A stretch of DNA of 64,000 bases, taken from assembly GCA_945947035.1 (NCBI GenBank), contig CAMEXD010000001.1:26197-90196 (forward strand), in the 5' to 3' direction. Positions 30,144-39,562 of the stretch are shown piece after piece. Every line of letters starts with the position of its first letter. Positions within the stretch are counted from its first letter, which is position 1. The notes beneath the pieces were generated by a model. The model saw nothing but the letters and a program-made list of their open reading frames with translations, did not search any database and was not told the DNA's origin. The position numbers and the translations under genes were made by a program. The DNA comes from an uncultured Mycoplasma sp. GTDB taxonomy: Bacteria; Bacillota_I; Bacilli_A; RF39; UBA660.

Positions 30144-30770
30144 ATGAAAAAAACAGAGCTTATTATGTTAAAAAGACTACTACAGCAAGAAATTGAAAGA
30201 AGAAATAGAATCAATACTCTTTTATCAAATGGTTTAATTCAAGAATTTTTGTCATTAAATAGTTTAGATATTCATGAATTACCATTAGATGATAAGTGGA
30301 TTATATTGGAAGAACTACTAAAAAAATTTATAATTACTGAATCCAATGGAATCCTTGTGTGTACAAATAATTATATAGTTGATTGTATTATATGTTATCA
30401 AGAAACTAATTATTATGTAAAGGAGGTTCCTTTTGATAGTCAGTATATAGAATATCAAAAGTTTAAAGACATTGAAACTAGTAAAACATATATCGCATAT
30501 TTGGATAGTTATATCCAAGACTTAATAGATAAAGAAAATAAATATTCAACTAGAATAAAGATGACACCAAGCGAATTTTGCCATACTCGATATAGAGGAT
30601 ATTTAATTAGTGAATTAAAAGAAAAATATACGATATTAAATCCTTGTAATTCTTCAAAAAATGATAATGGATTTAAAGAAGTTCAAAAAGATTTCTTTGA
30701 AACAGCAATAGAAAAAGGTCAACCTAAAGCTAAGAAATTGATATTAGAAAAATATCAACTTATGAATTAA
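30144..30770 (+). CDS. Hypothetical protein
   Basis: GGAGG RBS, 208 aa ORF. Confidence 0.7.
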   Translation: MKKTELIMLKRLLQQEIERRNRINTLLSNGLIQEFLSLNSLDIHELPLDDKWIILEELLKKFIITESNGILVCTNNYIVDCIICYQETNYYVKEVPFDSQYIEYQKFKDIETSKTYIAYLDSYIQDLIDKENKYSTRIKMTPSEFCHTRYRGYLISELKEKYTILNPCNSSKNDNGFKEVQKDFFETAIEKGQPKAKKLILEKYQLMN

Positions 30771-30968
30771 CTTGTTAATAAAAAAATGTATGTAAAATTA
30801 TGTGATTCCCATTTAGGGGACATAAAATGAAAAATACATTATATTAAAAAGAGAAAATTTTGTTATATTTTCTCTTTCTTTATGGCTTTATATTACCATA
30901 AAATTGTTATTTTTTCAAGACTTGTATTAAGTTATAAATAGGTGTATTAAAAATTAGAGGTGAAAAAA

Positions 30969-31862
30969 ATGGTAGAAAAAAATATGACTGCTTTAGTAAG
31001 TTGTTTTGCAAGATGTTATCATTATAAGAATAATGATTATAGAATTTTTAGTGATAATATTGCAGAAAAAATTTTAAGTAATGAAGAATATAATGCTATT
31101 TCAAGTAATATGTCAAGTGGAATTAAATTTTTCAATCCCAACTTTGTTGGAAAAAAAGAAGATGCATTAAGATGGATAGTTGATAATCAACTTTCTCCAT
31201 CTGTTTTAGGAAGAAGTGCTTTTTGTGAAAAATCATTGTTAACTGCAATTAAATTTGGATGCATGGAATATCTAATTTTTGCATCTGGTTATGATACTTT
31301 TGCTTATAGAAAAAATATTAATGGTTTAAAAGTATTTGAAATCGATAAAAGTGAAATGATTGATGATAAAATTAGAAAATTAAAAAATAATAAACAAGAT
31401 TATTCAAAAGTTGATTTTATTAAATGTGATTTTACAAAAAAGAATTGGATTAACAATATTATTAATAGTAATTATGATAAAAATAAAATATCATTTAGTA
31501 GTTTATTAGGTATTAGCTATTACTTGACAAAACAGGAATTTATTGAGATGATTCAAAATATTTCTAGTATAATATGTAGTGGAAGTAGTATTGTTTTTGA
31601 TTATCCAACTTATGAAGGTAGTAAAGAAACGATAATAAATGAGAAATTAGCAAGTGGTGCCAATGAACATATGAAAGCAAAATATTCATATAAAGAAATA
31701 GAAAAAATATTAGAAGAAAATGGATTATTAATTTATGAACATTTAAACAATGAAGAAATGACTAGTATTTATTTTGAAAAATATAATACTTTAAATCCAA
31801 ATAATAAAATAATTGCACCTAAAGGAGTATGTTATTGTTTAGCAATTAAAAAAAACAAATAG
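30969..31862 (+). CDS. SAM-dependent methyltransferase (LCM family)
   Basis: FASGYDT, VFEID, CDF, IVFDY. Confidence 0.85.
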   Translation: MVEKNMTALVSCFARCYHYKNNDYRIFSDNIAEKILSNEEYNAISSNMSSGIKFFNPNFVGKKEDALRWIVDNQLSPSVLGRSAFCEKSLLTAIKFGCMEYLIFASGYDTFAYRKNINGLKVFEIDKSEMIDDKIRKLKNNKQDYSKVDFIKCDFTKKNWINNIINSNYDKNKISFSSLLGISYYLTKQEFIEMIQNISSIICSGSSIVFDYPTYEGSKETIINEKLASGANEHMKAKYSYKEIEKILEENGLLIYEHLNNEEMTSIYFEKYNTLNPNNKIIAPKGVCYCLAIKKNK

Positions 31863-31908
31863 GTTAATTCTATTTGCTTTTTTAATAATAACTAATATTT
31901 TAAGATTA

Positions 31909-33000
31909 TTAATCAGTTTCAATTGGACAATTAACTATTTCAGTTTTTTTACAATTTGTTCCATCTTTAGTATATCCAGAAGGACAATTTTTAGAAGCAA
32001 TTTTATCAGTCTGTTTTAAACAATATGCAATAACTCCACCACCAATTATCTCATCATATCTATAATCATTACCTTTACATCCAGTCCATGATTTATCACT
32101 ACTTTGGTTTTCTGATAAATATTTATTATTAAAATTTAAACATTTTCCATTAAATAAAGTGTATCCAGAAGGGCAAGTATAAGTAGTTACGAGATTTGTT
32201 GTTTTTTCTCTTTTACAAGTACTTCCATCACCAATAGGTGTACAATCTTTTGGGCATACATATGGTTTTTTCCAGATTGCTATTAACACAAGATCGTTTG
32301 TTATTATCGTATCTTTATCTATAATGTTTCCAAATTGGTCTTGCCATCCTTTAAATATATATCCATCTTTTACTGGTGCTACTGGCAATATAATATTTTT
32401 ATTGCTTTCAACAAGTAATTCTTCAATATTATTTCCACCATCAGTATTAAAAGTAATTTTATTTGTTGTTTTGTTTTTTTCTCTCCAAAGTGCTTTAACA
32501 GTAATATTTTCTTTTATATAAGATCCAATTTGAATTATTTCATTATTTTCATTTGCCCATCCAACAAATACATATCCTTCTTTTTTAGGAGTTTTAGGAA
32601 GTCTTGTAATATAATTATCTTCAACTACTATTTTACCAATAGTTTCTCCATCTCCAGAATTAAAAGTTATTGTATACATTTTTTTGTCTTTCTTAATCCA
32701 AACAGCTTTTAATGTCATATTTTCAGTAAATTTCGTTCCACTTAAAACATAATTATCATCTTTATCTGTCCAACCTGCAAACACATAATCATCCTTTGTA
32801 GGTTCATCAGGTAATTTTACTATTTCATTATTTTTAACTTTGATACTTTCAATTACTGTTCCACCATCCGTGTCAAATAATATTGTATAACTTCTCGTTT
32901 TTAAAAATATAAAGCATATTATTACAATAATAACAATTAGTAATAAAATACATCCAACCAATAATCCCACATTTTTTTTCTTTTTATTTTCACTATTCAT
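31909..33000 (-). CDS. Membrane-anchored protein with three InlB B-repeat (Flg_new) domains and Cys-rich tip
   Basis: N-terminal TM; three FxTDGG...PxKxGYxFxGW...LxAxW units; CPSGY repeats; GGAGG RBS. Confidence 0.85.
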   Translation of the reverse strand: MNSENKKKKNVGLLVGCILLLIVIIVIICFIFLKTRSYTILFDTDGGTVIESIKVKNNEIVKLPDEPTKDDYVFAGWTDKDDNYVLSGTKFTENMTLKAVWIKKDKKMYTITFNSGDGETIGKIVVEDNYITRLPKTPKKEGYVFVGWANENNEIIQIGSYIKENITVKALWREKNKTTNKITFNTDGGNNIEELLVESNKNIILPVAPVKDGYIFKGWQDQFGNIIDKDTIITNDLVLIAIWKKPYVCPKDCTPIGDGSTCKREKTTNLVTTYTCPSGYTLFNGKCLNFNNKYLSENQSSDKSWTGCKGNDYRYDEIIGGGVIAYCLKQTDKIASKNCPSGYTKDGTNCKKTEIVNCPIETD

Positions 33001-33096
33001 AGTTACCTCCTAACCTGATTATATCACGTATATTTTAATGAGTAAATCTAATAAATATTTATGAAAAAAACTAATCCATAAATGAATTATTTGTAT

Positions 33097-33190
33097 AAAA
33101 AAGCTCGAAAATTTCGAGCGTATTTTCTTATGAAGCAAAGGCATGGGACATTTGCGAAAAATAGAAACAAGTAATTGATTAAATCAACTG
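33097..33190 (-). ncRNA. Candidate standalone sRNA
   Basis: TTGAAA-N16-TATAAT with TG extension at 33223-33196; three hairpins; GCTCGAAA/TTTCGAGC terminator with U-tract. Confidence 0.45.
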
Positions 33191-33251
33191 AATAAATTAT
33201 ATCAGTTTTTGAAATTATTTCAAGATGTATGTACAAATAAATATTATAGTG

Positions 33252-35195
33252 TTATAGATTTGTAATTACATCTTCTAAAAATTCAGTAATCTTATTTATT
33301 ACAAATAATTTTACTTTATCAACATCTTTGATACCGGTTAATTTAGTTTTCAACTCCATTAACTTATCTTTATCATTGGTATAATAATCTTTTATATTAG
33401 AGTAATTATATATTTTTTGCAGTGCATACCAAAATTCATAAATTTGTTCAATACTTTTATTTTTTATGTTTGATATTATTGAGTTTATACTTAAAATTTC
33501 AGCAAAATTTTTATTTTGCATAAATTTATAATTGTTAGTTTCACAATATTCTTTTAATTTGCTTCCCCAATCATCACTTGTAAAAATAATATTAATCTGT
33601 GTTTCATGATCTCGTTTTTCCTTTTGATTTACTAATTTTTTAATATTATCTATATTTTTATGATATATTTCGGAAGTTTTTGGAGTCCCATCAAAAAGTC
33701 TATCTTCATTATATTTTCCATTTACAATACCCTTATCAATGTTTCTTTCTAATCCATTAATTGCCTTATCTATCTTTGTTTTACATACATCCATTTCTTC
33801 GATACGTGACAAATAATTTACTATTTTTGAATACAATTCCAAATCATAATCATTATTTTCAATTTTTGTTATTAATTCGTCAATAATTGTATTTAATTCT
33901 TTCTCTGGTATAAGCCACCAAGTTTTTAATTTATATAATGGATCGTTTGGGTTGTTTATTTCATTTAAAACCATATTTTTATAATCATTTAGAGTAATTT
34001 TTATTCTATCTTTATCTAAATATGAGTTTTCTATATAATCATCTACAAATCTAAATCCTACAACAAAATTTTTATATATATAATCTGCTAGTTGATTTCC
34101 TAAATAAACGGTACCAAATTCTTGATTTGGTTCCCAATTATACGATTTTTTTCCTTGCTTTATGTGTAAAGATTTAATAGTACAATATGAAAACAAATCA
34201 TTCAAATAAATGTTTTCTACATCTTTATTTTTAATAATATTTTTTGTTTCTTCAACTAATCTATTAAAACACTGAAAAATGAATTGTACTGTTCTCAAAT
34301 TATAATATTTTTCATCTTCTAACTGTTTTAAAAATTTTCCCTTATTATTTTTTGCTGTTTTATTAGCATCATTATTTGTTATAATGGTATCTACAAATTT
34401 ATCATATATGTCACAAATGTTAGCTCTGTAATAAATAACTTTTCCAATTAACTTTTCCTTTATTTCACTATATATGCTATCTTCACTAAAAAGGTATTTA
34501 GTTCTTTCAATAATTTCATCTTTTGTAAATTGAATAGCAGTACTTTGATTTGTTTCATTTGATGGCAACCAAGAATCCTTTTTTTTAAGTTTATCTTCAA
34601 TTTTAATATTATTAGAAAGTGCAGTTAAGTATTTTAATTCCAAATTATTTTGATAATTAACTTTTCCAATTTTATTTTCATCAGCAACTATTATAACTTT
34701 TATATTGTTGTGTTCCACCAATTCATTTATATATCCTAATATGGAATTTATATTTATGTTGCATCGTTCTAAATCATCAAAAAAAATAATTAAATTATCA
34801 ATTTTATATAACGAACTAATAATTTTACTTATCTTACTATTTGAACTTTGAATAAATGTTTTATTAGCAATAAATTTACTTCCAATTTCTAGTCCAAGAT
34901 CAACAAATGGCAATATCTGTTTAACTTTTTCATTCTTAATTAATGATAATGCTATTTTGTTTTTTATTTCTGATACACTATTTAACCCATATAAAGAAAC
35001 ATATATTGGCTTTTTATATTTATTATTTTCTTTATTTTTTTGATATTCATCTTCTAATTCTTTAATATATGCTTTAACAAAATAAGTTTTACCGTTTCCC
35101 CAGCTTCCATTAAGAAGTGTGGCATACTTTATATTTACATTATAAATGTAATCATTTAATTCATTTTTAATTTCCTCTTCACTCAAATATTTCAA
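33252..35195 (-). CDS. KAP family P-loop NTPase
   Basis: Walker A GSWGNGKT, YVSLYG, Walker B IIFFDDLERC, KEKLIG, NLRT. Confidence 0.9.
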   Translation of the reverse strand: MKYLSEEEIKNELNDYIYNVNIKYATLLNGSWGNGKTYFVKAYIKELEDEYQKNKENNKYKKPIYVSLYGLNSVSEIKNKIALSLIKNEKVKQILPFVDLGLEIGSKFIANKTFIQSSNSKISKIISSLYKIDNLIIFFDDLERCNININSILGYINELVEHNNIKVIIVADENKIGKVNYQNNLELKYLTALSNNIKIEDKLKKKDSWLPSNETNQSTAIQFTKDEIIERTKYLFSEDSIYSEIKEKLIGKVIYYRANICDIYDKFVDTIITNNDANKTAKNNKGKFLKQLEDEKYYNLRTVQFIFQCFNRLVEETKNIIKNKDVENIYLNDLFSYCTIKSLHIKQGKKSYNWEPNQEFGTVYLGNQLADYIYKNFVVGFRFVDDYIENSYLDKDRIKITLNDYKNMVLNEINNPNDPLYKLKTWWLIPEKELNTIIDELITKIENNDYDLELYSKIVNYLSRIEEMDVCKTKIDKAINGLERNIDKGIVNGKYNEDRLFDGTPKTSEIYHKNIDNIKKLVNQKEKRDHETQINIIFTSDDWGSKLKEYCETNNYKFMQNKNFAEILSINSIISNIKNKSIEQIYEFWYALQKIYNYSNIKDYYTNDKDKLMELKTKLTGIKDVDKVKLFVINKITEFLEDVITNL

Positions 35196-35295
35196 TATAC
35201 ATCACCAATAATATTTTAACACTAAAATTGAAAAAAAGGTTATATTCTTGCGACATTTGTTACGCTTTCTTACTGCATTTCTTATTACATTATTT

Positions 35296-35352
35296 TATTA
35301 GGAATAATATTAGGAAATTTATTAGGAAAGTTATTATAATCTTATTGGGGAA
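35296..35352 (+). repeat. 12-bp-period tandem repeat TATTAGGAAnnn
   Basis: Exact TATTAGGAA at 35296, 35308, 35320; degenerate copies at 35332 and 35343. Confidence 0.75.
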
Positions 35353-35393
35353 TAAAAGAAGGTGTGATAAAATATCTTTTTAGTGGTGATATA

Positions 35394-36233
35394 ATGAAAA
35401 AACAATATTTAATTTATGCAGATGAATCACATAGAAAAGGTAAATACTATAGCAATTTTTATGGTGGTGCTTTAGTTAATTATATTGAACTTGAAAAAAT
35501 AAGTAAAAAACTTAATAATAAAAAGGCAGAATTAGGATTATTTCAAGAAGTTAAATGGACAAAAGTAACTGAACAATATTTAGATAAGTATTTAGAGTTA
35601 ATTGATTATTTCTTTGAGTTTGTTAAATCTAATAAAATTAAGATAAGAATAATGTTTAGGCAAAATGCACAAGTGCCACAAAATTTAACTAGAGAACATG
35701 AAGAAAAAGAATATTTCCTTTTATACTATCAATTTATTAAACATGCTTTTGGTATAGATTATTGCAATCCAAAAGAAAAAGATCAAGTAATATTAAAACT
35801 ATATTTTGATAAATTACCTGATACTAAAAAGAAAAATAAAGAGTTTAAGGGTTATATTTATGCACTTAATGACTTTTTTTGTATTAATAATGTTCATATT
35901 TATAATGAAGATATAGCAGAAGTAGATTCTAAAAATCACGTAATATTACAATGTATGGATATTATTTTAGGGGCAATGAACTTTAAATTAAATAATATGG
36001 ATAAGGAGAAAATACCAGATAGTAATAGACGCGCTAAAAGAACTATTGCTAAAGAAAAGTTATATAAAAATATTTTAAGAAACATCAAAACTATCTATCC
36101 TAATTTTAATATAGGTGTATCAACTAGTAGTCGTGGTGACTTTACTAACAATTGGGAAGATCCTTATAGACATTGGTGTTTTAAATCTAAAAATAGTGTA
36201 TTTGATTCATCATTAACTAAAAATTCAAAATAA
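35394..36233 (+). CDS. DUF3800 domain protein (RNase H-like fold)
   Basis: YLIYADES, EVKWTK, LYFDK, VDSK...LQCMDIILG. Confidence 0.85.
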   Translation: MKKQYLIYADESHRKGKYYSNFYGGALVNYIELEKISKKLNNKKAELGLFQEVKWTKVTEQYLDKYLELIDYFFEFVKSNKIKIRIMFRQNAQVPQNLTREHEEKEYFLLYYQFIKHAFGIDYCNPKEKDQVILKLYFDKLPDTKKKNKEFKGYIYALNDFFCINNVHIYNEDIAEVDSKNHVILQCMDIILGAMNFKLNNMDKEKIPDSNRRAKRTIAKEKLYKNILRNIKTIYPNFNIGVSTSSRGDFTNNWEDPYRHWCFKSKNSVFDSSLTKNSK

Positions 36234-36304
36234 AAAACTCCATTCTTCCTACATAAACCTTTCACGTACTAAACGTGAAGCTTCGGATTGAACAGAGTTC
36301 TTAT
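36232..36304 (-). ncRNA. DUF3800-associated structured RNA, convergent with the gene
   Basis: TTGACA-N17-TATTAT promoter at 36339-36311; AACTCTGTTC/GAATGGAGTT basal stem; TTCACGT/ACGTGAA apical stem; U-tract. Confidence 0.7.
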
Positions 36305-36385
36305 ATGACAATAATACTATTTTTAATGGTATTTGTCAATACTAGTATATTCTACTAATATTTTTTTATACTTAAATTTTGAATA

Positions 36386-36678
36386 TTAAGTTATTTTATC
36401 TTCATTAAATAATTCTTTTATATCAATATTTAACACTAAAGCTAATCTCCATAAAGTTCCGAGTGAAAATGTTTGATGATTTCTACTTTCGATATTTGAT
36501 ATAAATTGTGTAGAATATGACATCATTTCAGCAAGTATTTTAGTTTGTTTTTTATTAGTTTTTGCTCTGTTGTATCTTTTCAAAAAATTTTCCCTTGTAC
36601 CTTTTAATTCACTTAATTCTTTATAGTTATTTTTAATAAAATTATCTAAATCTTCTTTTGTAATGTAATTTCAAACAT
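36386..36678 (-). pseudogene. Degenerate XRE HTH regulator
   Basis: LAEMMSYSTQFISNIES...SLGTLWRLALVLNIDIKELF; the SD-preceded ATG at 36678 is out of frame. Confidence 0.55.
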
Positions 36679-36804
36679 AAAAAGGTGTTCTCCTTCCTAG
36701 AAAGAGAACGCTAAATTTATATTTCGTAGAACAAGTCTTCAAGTCTATCTACGGACAAAATAAAAACTCACAAACCATAATAGTTAGTGAGCTATTTTCA
36801 TAAA

Positions 36805-36878
36805 TGGAGCGGATGAGGAGAATCGAACTCCCGTGGTCAGCTTGGAAGGCTGAAGTTCTACCACTAAACTACATCCGC
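36805..36878 (-). tRNA. tRNA-Gly(TCC)
   Basis: GCGGATGTAGTTTAGTGGTAGAAC...CT-TCC-AA...GTTCGATTC...CCGCTCCA. Confidence 0.95.
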
Positions 36879-37053
36879 ATCTAAACTACAAGAATCTTGT
36901 AGGCACTTTTAATTATATATTAATTATATTCAAAAAGTCAAGAAAAAATTAATAATAATTAGTAAAAAGTTGCTAATTTATTAAAAAATGTTTACTTTAA
37001 TTGTTATAAATGGTAGAATTATCTTGGAAAATGTTTATTATGGGAGGTATTTT

Positions 37054-37809
37054 ATGGAAACATTAAAGAAATTTTTTAAAAAATATTGTAATTTAATTAT
37101 AACTCTATTAGTTGTAGTAGCAGTTATTGTTGGAATATTTTTTCTTTCAAAATTAGGTGAGGATAAATATTTCAAAGAAATGTCATATGAAGATTATACT
37201 ACATCTTCAAAAAATAATTCAGATACATTTGTATATTTTGGATCAAAAGAAGATACTGAAACATTTGAAATGCTTAAACAATTTGCAAATGAAAATTCAT
37301 TAAAATTTGGATACGTTTATACAGATGAATTAACTGATGAACAAAAAGAAGAAGTTCTTGGTGATAATGATAAAATATTATCTTATGGAGAAGAATCATA
37401 TGAAGGTTCATTTACATCAGCTAATATTCAACAATTTTTAATTGATGAGGGTGTTTTACCAAAAACATTTGTTACAATATCAATGGATGATTATGTTGAA
37501 CTTATGAAAAAAGATTATTTTGTTGTAGTAATAGGAAGAACTGGATGTAGTTTCTGTTCTAAGTATCAACCAGTTATGAATGAAATTATTAAAGAACAAA
37601 AAATTGATATGTATTATGTTGATATAGCATATTTTGATGATGGAGATTATGATACTCTTATTAACTCTTCAAAATATTTAAAAGAAAATGAATGGGGTAC
37701 TCCAACTACTTTAGTATTTAAGAAAGGAAAATTTGTTGAAGCATTCTCAGGTTATGCTGAAAAACAAACAATTGTTGACTTCTTAAAATCAACTGGAGTA
37801 ATTAAATAA
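37054..37809 (+). CDS. Membrane-anchored thioredoxin-fold protein
   Basis: N-terminal TM; GRTGCSFC; WGTPT cis-Pro loop. Confidence 0.85.
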   Translation: METLKKFFKKYCNLIITLLVVVAVIVGIFFLSKLGEDKYFKEMSYEDYTTSSKNNSDTFVYFGSKEDTETFEMLKQFANENSLKFGYVYTDELTDEQKEEVLGDNDKILSYGEESYEGSFTSANIQQFLIDEGVLPKTFVTISMDDYVELMKKDYFVVVIGRTGCSFCSKYQPVMNEIIKEQKIDMYYVDIAYFDDGDYDTLINSSKYLKENEWGTPTTLVFKKGKFVEAFSGYAEKQTIVDFLKSTGVIK

Positions 37810-38252
37810 TGGCAACAGACTTATACAAAAGAGTAAATAAATTTTTAAAAACATATCCTGGAACTGTAGCATTTAGAATAAAAAAACATTGTGAAGTAGT
37901 TGAAAAGCATCTTGATGTTGATGAAAAAATCATATATGCTTTTGCTGGACAAAAAAATGAACATTGGTATGATATAGTGTCAACTCATGTTTTTGTTCTT
38001 ACTAATAAAAGACTTATAATAGCTACTAAAAGAATAGTGTTTGGTTATTTCTTATATTCTATTACACCAGATATGTTTAATGATTTAACAGTTTATTCGG
38101 GTTTGTTTTTTGGCAAAATCGTAATAGATACAGTAAAAGAACTTGTATATATAACTAACCTTAGTAAAAAGTCATTAGATGAAATAGAAACAAATATCTC
38201 TTCTTATATGATGGAAGAAAAGAAAAAATATAATAAAGGAACAAATAACTAA
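37809..38252 (+). CDS. Bacterial PH domain protein
   Basis: DEKIIYAF...VLTNKRLII...GLFFGKIVI. Confidence 0.75.
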   Translation: MATDLYKRVNKFLKTYPGTVAFRIKKHCEVVEKHLDVDEKIIYAFAGQKNEHWYDIVSTHVFVLTNKRLIIATKRIVFGYFLYSITPDMFNDLTVYSGLFFGKIVIDTVKELVYITNLSKKSLDEIETNISSYMMEEKKKYNKGTNN

Positions 38253-38304
38253 CAAAAGTTGTTAATTGTTTCTTTTTTTTGATATAATTTAATTGTGATG
38301 TATT

Positions 38305-39516
38305 ATGAAAAAAATTATAAAAAATACTTTAATAATATTTTTAGCAATAATCATTTTGGAATTTATAGTATTTATTTTTAAAAATTATCATGAAGTAAGT
38401 TATAAAATAATTAATAATAAAACTTTCGATATAGAAGAAATTTATAAAGATGGTAATTATTACTTTAATGTAAAATTTGATGATAATAATATTTATTTTG
38501 ACTATAAAAAAAGCTTTTCTAAAGCAAAAAAAGTTCTAAAAGATGTATTATATTATGAAAAAAATGACTTAAAATGTATTTTTCCAATATTTAAAAATAA
38601 TGAAACTCTAAATATATTATGTCTAAAAAATAATAATGTATATACTTATGATTATTTTAAAGATGATTTAGAAGACTTTGTTAGTGAAATAAAAGAAAAA
38701 GGATTTAATGTAGAAGTATTTAGTGATAATTCTTCCTCTAAAAGATTATCATCGGCATTAGTTTATCAAGATAATATTTTAGATGATACTTACATATATA
38801 TTTGGAAATATAATGGATTTTATAGTATTAATAATAAAAAATTAAGTCAATTGAATCTTTTTTCTAACGATATTTACATAAATAATTTTGGCATTAATGT
38901 TTCTAAATATTATGTAATACCTGATTATGATGAAAAGTATGAATATAGCAAATTTTATGTTGTTAATATGACAAACAATAAAATAAAAGAATTAAATCTA
39001 AAGAAAAATCAGAAAATAACTAATGATTATTATATAAATGGAGTAGTAGATGATAAATTATATATATTTGATACAGATAATTTGCTTCAGTATAGAATTA
39101 ATCCTAAAAAATTAAAAATAGAACAAATTGGTAACAAAGAAACTGGTGGTTTATTTTATAATGGCGAATTTGAAAGACTTAATATTTATGATTTTAAAGA
39201 ACAAAAATTAATCTTTAAAGAAGATTTAAAAATACCAAAAAATATAGAAAAATATGATGAAATTTATTCAAATGATGAAAACTTTTATTACATTTTAGAT
39301 AATAATTTTATTTATTATAATAAAACTTTAGATAAAAAAATATATTTATTTAAGATGGAAGATGTATCAAATATTTCTTTAATAGATAATACTTTATATT
39401 TTATAAATAAAGATACTTTGTATTATTATGATATTTATCATGGAATTAAAAAAGTAATTACTTATGATGAATTGTTATTTAATAAAACAAATAGATATGC
39501 AATATATAAAAAGTAA
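38305..39516 (+). CDS. Hypothetical membrane-anchored protein
   Basis: N-terminal TM, 403 aa. Confidence 0.7.
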   Translation: MKKIIKNTLIIFLAIIILEFIVFIFKNYHEVSYKIINNKTFDIEEIYKDGNYYFNVKFDDNNIYFDYKKSFSKAKKVLKDVLYYEKNDLKCIFPIFKNNETLNILCLKNNNVYTYDYFKDDLEDFVSEIKEKGFNVEVFSDNSSSKRLSSALVYQDNILDDTYIYIWKYNGFYSINNKKLSQLNLFSNDIYINNFGINVSKYYVIPDYDEKYEYSKFYVVNMTNNKIKELNLKKNQKITNDYYINGVVDDKLYIFDTDNLLQYRINPKKLKIEQIGNKETGGLFYNGEFERLNIYDFKEQKLIFKEDLKIPKNIEKYDEIYSNDENFYYILDNNFIYYNKTLDKKIYLFKMEDVSNISLIDNTLYFINKDTLYYYDIYHGIKKVITYDELLFNKTNRYAIYKK

Positions 39517-39562
39517 AAAATATAAAAATTTCTCATATACTTATTTTGAAGGAGGACTTTTT

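Noticed and set aside
36690-36804. Integrase remnant or att site beside tRNA-Gly
   Set aside because: Only a short peptide-like stretch (SVDRLEDLFYEI*) and hairpins; no duplicate of either tRNA 3' end found by eye
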